A stretch of 5,204 bases of DNA from a virus. Lineage: Duplodnaviria > Heunggongvirae > Uroviricota > Caudoviricetes. The translations under genes were made by a program, and so were the position numbers. The stretch lies in IMG/VR virus record IMGVR_UViG_2541047428_000017; one strand, given 5' to 3'. Positions 1 to 5,204 of this stretch are shown here, one piece after another; position 1 is the stretch's first letter; each line of letters begins with the position of its first letter. The notes below the pieces were generated by a model. It saw nothing but the letters and a program-made list of their open reading frames with translations, was not told the DNA's origin and did no database searches.

Positions 1-40
1 GTTATTGGTGTGTCACGTTAACCGGAAAAGGGAAAAAGAC

Positions 41-238
41 ATGCTGAAACAGCAGGATATGACAGAAACCGCCAGAGTGGTGTTTAATGAATTAAGCGTT
101 ACCGACCCGGCGACAGTCGGGGAGATTGCGCAGAATACTTACCTTTCACGCGAACGCTGCCAGTTAATACTGACCCAGCTGGTTATGGCGGGTCTGGCAG
201 ACTATCAGTTTGGTTGTTACAGACGCCTTCAGTCCTGA
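41..238 (+). CDS. hypothetical small protein (65 aa); family not recognised
   Basis: ATG at 41 with AAGGGA about 8-13 nt upstream; frame runs to TGA 236-238. The same frame is stop-free back to position 2, so a longer protein entering from the left edge cannot be excluded. A frame-1 stop at 19-21 fits an upstream gene ending just before this start. Confidence 0.4.
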   Translation: MLKQQDMTETARVVFNELSVTDPATVGEIAQNTYLSRERCQLILTQLVMAGLADYQFGCYRRLQS

Positions 239-265
239 AGGCTTTTTTATTTGTGGTAAATGGGC

Positions 266-296
266 GGCTGGTGGGTGTAAGGGGCACCCACCAGCC
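266..296 (+). other. perfect 12-bp GC-rich inverted repeat (stem-loop), function unknown
   Basis: GGCTGGTGGGTG (266-277) pairs with CACCCACCAGCC (285-296) with no mismatch; 7-nt loop TAAGGGG. A T-run (244-249) lies 5' of the stem, not 3', so it is not a canonical intrinsic terminator on either strand. Confidence 0.55.
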
Positions 297-388
297 ATCT
301 GCTCATGCGTTGGGTTCACAAGCAAACCTCAGGCCCACTGCTTTGCGCAAAAGCAGAATGAGCCTATCAGAGACAGGCTTAATGATCC

Positions 389-1446
389 ATGCTTAATACT
401 GTAAAAATATCCAGTTGTGAGTTAATCAACGCCGACTGCCTGGAATTTATGCGGTCGTTACCCGAAAATTCTGTTGACCTGATAGTCACGGACCCGCCGT
501 ACTTCAAAGTGAAACCCGAGGGCTGGGATAACCAGTGGGCGGGTGATGAAGATTACCTGAAGTGGCTGGACCAGTGTCTTGCGCAGTTCTGGCGGGTGCT
601 GAAACCTGCCGGAAGTCTTTACCTGTTCTGTGGCCATCGTCTGGCATCTGACACCGAAATCATGATGCGTGAGCGGTTTAACGTGCTGAACCATATCATC
701 TGGGCAAAGCCGTCCGGACGCTGGAACGGGTGCAACAAGGAAAGCCTGCGGGCGTATTTCCCCGCCACAGAGCGCATTCTGTTCGCAGAGCATTATCAGG
801 GGCCGTATCGTCCGAAAGATGCCGGGTATGAGGCGAAGGGTAGGACACTGAAACAGCATGTGATGGCCCCGCTGATTGCTTACTTTCGTGATGCGCGCGC
901 TGTCCTGGGGATAACGGCAAAACAGATTGCAGATGCCACAGGAAAGAAAAACATGGTGTCGCACTGGTTCAGTGCCGGTCAGTGGCAGCTGCCGAACGAA
1001 AGCGATTATCTGAAATTACAGGCACTGTTTGCCCGGGTGGCAGAAGAGAAGCATCAGCGGGGTGAACTGGAAAGCCCCACCACCAGCTGGTGGATACGTA
1101 TGCCTCTCTGAACCGACAGTATGCGGAGCTGCAGAGTGAATATAAGCATCTGCGGCGGTATTTCGGTGTGACGGTGCAGGTGCCGTACACCGATGTGTGG
1201 ACGTATAAACCGGTGCAGTACTATCCAGGGAAACATCCGTGCGAAAAACCGGCAGAAATGTTGCAGCAGATAATCAGCGCAAGCAGTCGTCCGGGAGACC
1301 TGGTTGCAGATTTCTTCATGGGGTCGGGGTCGACAGTGAAAGCAGCGATGGCGCTGGGACGTCGTGCAACTGGCGTTGAACTGGAGACTGAACGTTTTGA
1401 GCAGACGGTGCGGGAAGTACAGGATTTAATCATTCGTAACGGATGA
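389..1446 (+). pseudogene. beta-class N6-adenine/N4-cytosine DNA methyltransferase, interrupted by a frameshift
   Basis: Frame-2 ORF 389-1111 carries motif IV DPPY (DLIVTDPPYF, nt 491-502). Frame-1 ORF (open from 1066, listed 1090-1446) carries the AdoMet motif I FxGxG (DFFMGSGST, nt 1312-1335). Order IV then I is the beta-class arrangement. Both parts are needed for activity; combined length is about 352 codons. The frames overlap at 1066-1111, next to a C4 run at 1075-1078. No SD ahead of 389, and no independent RBS for the second part. Confidence 0.75.
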
Positions 1447-1486
1447 GATTGCGGAGTTAATCATGCGTCGTTATTATTCAGCAATC

Positions 1487-1562
1487 GGCCCTTTAGCTCA
1501 GCGGTGAGAGCGAGCGACTCATAATCGCCAGGTCGCTGGTTCAAATCCAGCAAGGGCCACCA
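1487..1562 (+). tRNA. ileZ: tRNA with anticodon CAU, tRNA-Ile2 (lysidine) type or tRNA-Met; resembles the phage ileZ class
   Basis: Hand-folded cloverleaf: 7-bp acceptor stem GGCCCTT/AAGGGCC, U8-A9, D stem GCTC/GAGC with GG in the loop, anticodon loop CTCATAA, 5-nt variable loop, T stem GCTGG/CCAGC with TTCAAAT loop, discriminator A, encoded CCA. From memory it resembles E. coli ileX. Ile2 versus Met cannot be settled by eye. Confidence 0.85.
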
Positions 1563-1563
1563 A

Positions 1564-1625
1564 CCGCCACTAGCTCATCAGGAAAGAACGTCACCCTGTG
1601 CGAGATTCGGAGTCCCCGGTGGCGG
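1564..1625 (+). other. degenerate tRNA-like remnant (62 nt)
   Basis: CCGCCAC (1564-1570) pairs perfectly with GTGGCGG (1619-1625) like an acceptor stem and is followed by TA-GCTC as at tRNA positions 8-13, but no anticodon or T arm can be folded. Confidence 0.35.
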
Positions 1626-1642
1626 TCCATTATCGGTATTCT

Positions 1643-1719
1643 GCGTTGTTAGCTCAGCCGGACAGAGCAATTGCCTTCTAAGCAATCGGTCACTGGTTCG
1701 AATCCAGTACAACGCACCA
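1643..1719 (+). tRNA. tRNA-Arg (anticodon UCU, decodes AGA)
   Basis: Hand-folded cloverleaf: acceptor GCGTTGT/ACAACGC, D stem GCTC/GAGC, anticodon stem ATTGC/GCAAT with loop CTTCTAA, T stem ACTGG/CCAGT with TTCGAAT loop, discriminator A, encoded CCA. Confidence 0.88.
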
Positions 1720-2005
1720 CACCACACTTATCTGCCCTGACTCTCTTTTGCGGGCTTTTTATTACAGGAAAGACACCGGACAGTGAAATGTTAAATGCCT
1801 CACAATTCAGGCAGTTGACTGTTGCCTGACATGCTGAGCGTTTGTTAAAAAAATCCTGCATGATGAATCCCCCTGAGCGGCGGGGCATAATGACAGATGT
1901 TTGGTTGCGTATTGTATAGGCAAGTTGCGGATTCTGTCTGGTCATTGCAGAATTCACCGGGAGGCACCCGGCATCATGCTGTATACAGAGATTAGGCATA
2001 TATCC

Positions 2006-2031
2006 AGGCTTCTCATCGCAGGAGCCTTTTT
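2006..2031 (+). terminator. candidate intrinsic terminator (+ strand)
   Basis: 7-bp stem AGGCTTC/GGAGCCT (2006-2012 with 2021-2027, one G-U pair), 8-nt loop, then T5 (2027-2031). Confidence 0.35.
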
Positions 2032-2037
2032 ACATGC

Positions 2038-2063
2038 AAAAAAAAGCCCGAGTGGGTTCGGGC
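2038..2063 (-). terminator. candidate intrinsic terminator (- strand)
   Basis: GCCCGA/TCGGGC stem (2046-2051 with 2058-2063), 6-nt loop, flanked on the + strand by A8 (2038-2045), which is a U8 tract after the hairpin on the - strand. Confidence 0.45.
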
Positions 2064-2123
2064 AACAGCATGAGATACTTGCATTGTCATTTTTATCGTG
2101 TGGATTTTAACCAGGGTTTATAA

Positions 2124-2154
2124 GGCTGCGCAACTGCGCGGCCTTTTTCGTTTT
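2124..2154 (+). terminator. candidate intrinsic terminator (+ strand) upstream of the esterase gene
   Basis: 8-bp stem GGCTGCGC/GCGCGGCC (2124-2131 with 2136-2143, one G-U pair), loop AACT, then TTTTTCGTTTT (2144-2154). Confidence 0.55.
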
Positions 2155-2242
2155 GCGGGCTGCGGTTCTCCTCTTTTGATTCTCCTTGTGGCCGGACCGT
2201 GGCCCGCAACTGTTGAGGAAAATCCCGGAAAGGGGAGGAATA

Positions 2243-4180
2243 ATGACATTTAAACATTATGATGTTGTCAGGGCGGCGTCGCCGTCAGACCTTGCGGAAA
2301 AGCTGACACACAAACTGAAAGAGGGCTGGCAGCCGTTTGGTAGTCCTGTGGCCATAACCCCTTATACCCTGATGCAGGCGATTGCCGCGGAGGGGGATGT
2401 GACCACGCCAGTGGTTGTGCCCGGCACGGGGGATGGTGGCTATCCGGGAGTGGTCACCACGGAGCCAGATTATTACTACGTTATTCCACTGGCCGGGCAG
2501 TCGAACGGCATGGCTTACGGTGAGGGGCTTCCTCTGCCGCAGACATATGACCGTCCTGACCCGCGTATAAAGCAACTGGCTCGTCGCAGCACAGTGACGC
2601 CGGATGGCGCTCCCTGTAAATATAACGACATTATTCCGGCAGACCACTGTCTGCATGATGTACAGGACATGAGCCGTCTTAACCATCCGAAAGCTGACCT
2701 GTCGAAAGGTCAGTACGGAACCGTGGGGCAGGGGCTGCATATTGCCAAAAAGCTGCTGCCGTTTATACCGGCGAATGCGGGTATTCTTCTGGTTCCGTGC
2801 TGCCGTGGTGGTTCAGCTTTCACCACCGGGGCAGATGGAACATACAGTGACGTGACCGGTGCCTCAGAGAGTTCTACCCGCTGGGGTGTGGGCAGGCCGC
2901 TGTATAAGGATCTCATCGGTCGTACAAAAGCCGCGCTGGCAAAGAACCCGAAAAATGTGCTGCTTGCCGTGGTGTGGATGCAGGGGGAATTTGACTTTGA
3001 CGGAACGCCAGCAAATCACACAGCCCGTTTTACAGAAGTAGTGGAACAATATCGTACGGACCTTGCAGATATGGTGGGACAGTGCGCTGGTGGTTCTGCT
3101 GACGGTGTTCCCTGGATATGTGGAGACACAACTTATTTCTGGAAGCAGAAGAGCGAATCCACTTACCAGACGGTGTACGGCAGTTACAAAAACAAAACGG
3201 AAAAGAATATTCACTTTGTGCCGTTCATGACCGATGAGAACGGAGCAAATGTCCCGACGAACAAACCGGAAGAAGACCCGGATATTCCGGCATCAGGATA
3301 TTACGGTGCGGCCTCCCGGACGTCGGCAAACTGGACGTCAGCAGACCGTGCGAGCCATTTCAGCTCATGGGCACGCAGGGGGATTATTTCTGACCGTCTT
3401 GCCTCAGCGATTCTTCTCCATGCAGGACGGACGGCTGAACTGGTGGGTGGGGAACAGGTTGTGATGCCGCCGGATGAGAAGCCGTCACCGGACACACCAT
3501 CAACACCGTCAACGGACGGGAAATCAGTGACAACGCTGCTTTATTACCGTGCAACAGAGTCAGGTGGTTTACTGAATCCGCAGGGATGGGGAGCTGAAGG
3601 AGGGCGTGCATTGGTAGTTGATGATGCAGGTGCTGCAGGAGGTAAGGCGCTGAGGTGGACCAAACAGACAGGAAGTTCCTCGTGGTTTATGCAGCATGAT
3701 GCCGGTAATGGCGCAGACCTGCTGGAGAAGGGCGGGCTTATCAGTTGTCGTTTTAAAGTTGATGGCACACTGACAGCTAATCAGTACGCACTGGCGCTGT
3801 ACTGGCCGGTTTCTTCACTGCCTCAGGGTGTCACACTGGAAGGTAATGCCGGTCATAACCTGCTGGCGTCGTTTTACGTACAGAGCGATGCCACAGACCT
3901 TAATGTGATGTACCACAAGGGAAATGCTGGTCAGAACACGAAGCTGGGGTCATTCGGCGCATTTGATAACGAATGGCATACGCTGGGCTTCCGTTTTGCC
4001 GGTAACAACAGTATTGAGGTGACGCCGGTCATTGATGGTAAGGACGGGACGCCGTTCATGCTGTCACAGTCACCGGTCGGCACGTTTACGGCAGACAAAT
4101 TGCGCGTGACCGATATCACTAGCGGTGCGACATATCCGGTGCTGATTGAAAGTATAACAGTGGAAGTGAATAACCCGTAA
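2243..4180 (+). CDS. nanS-p: prophage NanS-p-type sialate O-acetylesterase (645 aa): N-terminal DUF1737-like region, SGNH/SASA esterase domain, Pro/Ser/Thr linker, C-terminal beta-rich domain
   Basis: ATG at 2243 with GGGAGG SD 4-9 nt upstream (the listed TTG at 2186 is less likely). GQSN catalytic-serine motif of the sialate O-acetylesterase family at nt 2495-2506 (Ser87). PST-rich linker PPDEKPSPDTPSTPSTDG at about nt 3466-3520. Length and position (after phage tRNAs, before the lysis genes) match the gene found downstream of stx in Stx phages. Confidence 0.88.
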   Translation: MTFKHYDVVRAASPSDLAEKLTHKLKEGWQPFGSPVAITPYTLMQAIAAEGDVTTPVVVPGTGDGGYPGVVTTEPDYYYVIPLAGQSNGMAYGEGLPLPQTYDRPDPRIKQLARRSTVTPDGAPCKYNDIIPADHCLHDVQDMSRLNHPKADLSKGQYGTVGQGLHIAKKLLPFIPANAGILLVPCCRGGSAFTTGADGTYSDVTGASESSTRWGVGRPLYKDLIGRTKAALAKNPKNVLLAVVWMQGEFDFDGTPANHTARFTEVVEQYRTDLADMVGQCAGGSADGVPWICGDTTYFWKQKSESTYQTVYGSYKNKTEKNIHFVPFMTDENGANVPTNKPEEDPDIPASGYYGAASRTSANWTSADRASHFSSWARRGIISDRLASAILLHAGRTAELVGGEQVVMPPDEKPSPDTPSTPSTDGKSVTTLLYYRATESGGLLNPQGWGAEGGRALVVDDAGAAGGKALRWTKQTGSSSWFMQHDAGNGADLLEKGGLISCRFKVDGTLTANQYALALYWPVSSLPQGVTLEGNAGHNLLASFYVQSDATDLNVMYHKGNAGQNTKLGSFGAFDNEWHTLGFRFAGNNSIEVTPVIDGKDGTPFMLSQSPVGTFTADKLRVTDITSGATYPVLIESITVEVNNP

Positions 4181-4193
4181 GCAGGAAAAAAAG

Positions 4194-4233
4194 GCCGCCG
4201 GGGCAGGGAAAACAAGGAGCCAGAACCGGCGGC
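4194..4233 (-). terminator. weak terminator-like hairpin, readable on the - strand
   Basis: 8-bp GC stem GCCGCCGG/CCGGCGGC (4194-4201 with 4226-4233) with a long 24-nt loop; the A7 run at 4186-4192 is a U-tract after the hairpin on the - strand. The long loop makes it doubtful. Confidence 0.2.
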
Positions 4234-4327
4234 AAATGTCGTTATATCCAAAGCAAAACATGCAGGACACTTTTTTAACCAACAGGTATTAACGATGTCA
4301 ACACCATATCAATAACCGGGAGGGATA

Positions 4328-4510
4328 ATGAGATTTGTACAGCTTATTTTATTGTATTTCTGCACGGTGGTGTGCACGTTATATCTGGTAAGTGGCGGGT
4401 ATAAGGTTATCCGGAACTATATACGCAAAAAGATTGATGCCGCGGCGGCGGAAAAAATCAGCGCCAGCCAGTCAGCCGGAACAAAACCCGAAGAGCCTCT
4501 CATTTCGTAG
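4328..4510 (+). CDS. hypothetical small protein (60 aa) with a hydrophobic N-terminal segment, possible single-pass membrane protein
   Basis: ATG at 4328 with GGGAGGG SD (4318-4324); N-terminal stretch LILLYFCTVVCTLYLV followed by a charged, Ala-rich tail; sits between the esterase and the holin. Confidence 0.45.
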   Translation: MRFVQLILLYFCTVVCTLYLVSGGYKVIRNYIRKKIDAAAAEKISASQSAGTKPEEPLIS

Positions 4511-4547
4511 CAACTTTCTTAACAACACCTTTCAACGAGAAAATCCC

Positions 4548-4817
4548 ATGTCAGAAATAAAATCTCTGGTCACTGCTGAAGCAGTGAAGGACGTCCTGCG
4601 CTCTGAAGAAGTCAGAAGCGCACTGAAACAGCAACTCCGCCAGAATCTTGAGGCGCGTCTTGATGCTGAAGTGGATGCCATTCTGGATGAGCTGCTGGGG
4701 GGACCGGCTGCTCCTGAGCCTGAAGACGGCGCGGGTGACAGTGCTGTTTCAGATGGCGTTGTGTCTCAGCCTGACGGTAGCAGTGAGCCTCAGCCTGGCG
4801 GCGAAATGATGATGTAA
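4548..4817 (+). CDS. hypothetical acidic small protein (89 aa)
   Basis: ATG at 4548 with only a weak GAGA SD. The frame is also open from GTG 4392 and ATG 4437, but those starts lack an SD and overlap the previous ORF. Acidic, Pro/Gly-rich C-terminus ending EMMM. Confidence 0.4.
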   Translation: MSEIKSLVTAEAVKDVLRSEEVRSALKQQLRQNLEARLDAEVDAILDELLGGPAAPEPEDGAGDSAVSDGVVSQPDGSSEPQPGGEMMM

Positions 4818-4892
4818 CCATACGCAGGGGCTGTCGGTGTGAGCTGATGCCCCTCCTGTTGTTGTGAGCTTCCGGATTGCGGGAGACGGGGT

Positions 4893-5108
4893 ATGTACCA
4901 GATGGAAAAAATCACAACGGGTGTGTCATACACCACGTCAGCGGTGGGGACGGGATACTGGTTACTGCAGCTGCTGGACAAAGTCTCTCCGTCCCAGTGG
5001 GTGGCGATAGGTGTGCTGGGGAGTCTGCTGTTTGGCCTGCTGACGTATCTGACTAACCTGTATTTCAAAATCAGAGAGGACCGTCGTAAGGCGGCGCGGG
5101 GAGAGTAA
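4893..5108 (+). CDS. S: S21-type class II holin (pinholin), 71 aa
   Basis: GGGAGA SD 7-12 nt upstream of ATG 4893. Two predicted transmembrane segments ([16 protein letters not shown] and [23 protein letters not shown]) and charged tail [13 protein letters not shown], close to phage 21 S as I remember it. Met1 and Met4 (MYQM) form a possible dual start. Confidence 0.85.
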   Translation: MYQMEKITTGVSYTTSAVGTGYWLLQLLDKVSPSQWVAIGVLGSLLFGLLTYLTNLYFKIREDRRKAARGE

Positions 5109-5112
5109 AGCG

Positions 5113-5204
5113 ATGAAGAAAAAATACGAACTGGTTGTTAAAGGGATAAATAATTACCCGGATAAGATTACTGTTACTGTGGCACTGGAAATTGGTGGGT
5201 ATCC
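5113..5204 (+). CDS. 5' end of a downstream gene (first 30 codons; truncated by window end), product unknown
   Basis: ATG at 5113 with GGAGAG SD at -13 to -8, starting 4 nt after the holin stop. N-terminus MKKKYELVVKGINNYPDKITVTVALEIGGY is hydrophilic, not a Gly/Ala-rich SAR segment. Confidence 0.5.
   Translation, partial: MKKKYELVVKGINNYPDKITVTVALEIGGY

Noticed and set aside
210-404. Two overlapping + strand ORFs (210-404, 214-396) in the spacer between the first ORF and the methylase
   Set aside because: No SD, alternative start codons, and they run through the 12-bp stem-loop. They read like chance frames in a structured intergenic region.
458-1433. Five - strand ORFs inside the methyltransferase gene (458-964, 696-920, 969-1190, 1054-1236, 1221-1433)
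   Set aside because: They are antisense to a gene with clear catalytic motifs and have no RBS; typical shadow ORFs.
1815-1891. Promoter-like hexamers (TTGACT at 1815-1820; CATAAT at 1886-1891)
   Set aside because: No -35/-10 pair with proper 16-18 bp spacing could be assembled, so a promoter call would be guesswork.
1649-1999. 116-aa - strand ORF
   Set aside because: Its 3' end is the reverse complement of the tRNA-Arg gene (a classic antisense-tRNA translation artefact) and it has no SD.
1901-2110. 69-aa + strand ORF in the tRNA-to-esterase spacer
   Set aside because: Non-ATG start, no SD, and it runs through two terminator-like hairpins. The region is more likely non-coding, though a short RNA is possible.
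2186-2242. Upstream TTG start extending the esterase ORF by 19 codons
   Set aside because: The ATG at 2243 has a near-consensus GGGAGG SD at ideal spacing and gives the 645-aa length expected for NanS-p-type proteins.
2285-4282. Eight - strand ORFs and one + strand ORF (2859-3041) within or overlapping the esterase gene
   Set aside because: All are nested in or antisense to the long esterase reading frame, which has a recognisable catalytic motif; no RBS support.
4392-4547. Longer 141-aa version of the acidic ORF starting at GTG 4392 (or ATG 4437)
   Set aside because: That extension overlaps the better-supported 4328-4510 ORF in another frame and has no SD, so the ATG at 4548 was preferred. 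Still uncertain.
4612-5068. - strand ORFs 4612-4821 and 4790-5068
   Set aside because: Antisense to the acidic ORF and the holin; no RBS and no recognisable features.
1-5204. CRISPR arrays, IS or transposase genes, integrase, toxin (stxAB) genes
   Set aside because: No regularly spaced direct repeats, no terminal inverted repeats flanking a transposase-sized ORF, and no ORFs of the right size or position for stxA/stxB were seen.

Overview
This window reads as the late-gene region of an Escherichia-type lambdoid prophage, laid out like a Stx-converting phage but without toxin genes. All supported genes are on the + strand. In order: a small hypothetical ORF (41-238); a perfect 12-bp stem-loop (266-296); a beta-class DNA methyltransferase split by a frameshift (389-1446); a tRNA cluster with tRNA-Ile2/Met(CAU), a degenerate tRNA-like remnant and tRNA-Arg(UCU) (1487-1719); a ~520-bp non-coding segment with three intrinsic-terminator-like hairpins (1720-2242); a 645-aa NanS-p-type sialate O-acetylesterase (2243-4180); two small uncharacterised ORFs (4328-4510, 4548-4817); an S21-type pinholin (4893-5108); and the first 30 codons of a gene truncated by the window end (5113-5204). 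I found no CRISPR array, transposase, integrase or toxin ORF. Nothing here is clearly an undescribed system; the best candidates for unexplored biology are the two small ORFs ahead of the holin, the non-SAR gene directly after the pinholin, and the toxin-free locus. All calls are from reading the sequence and from memory of the families; no searches were run.
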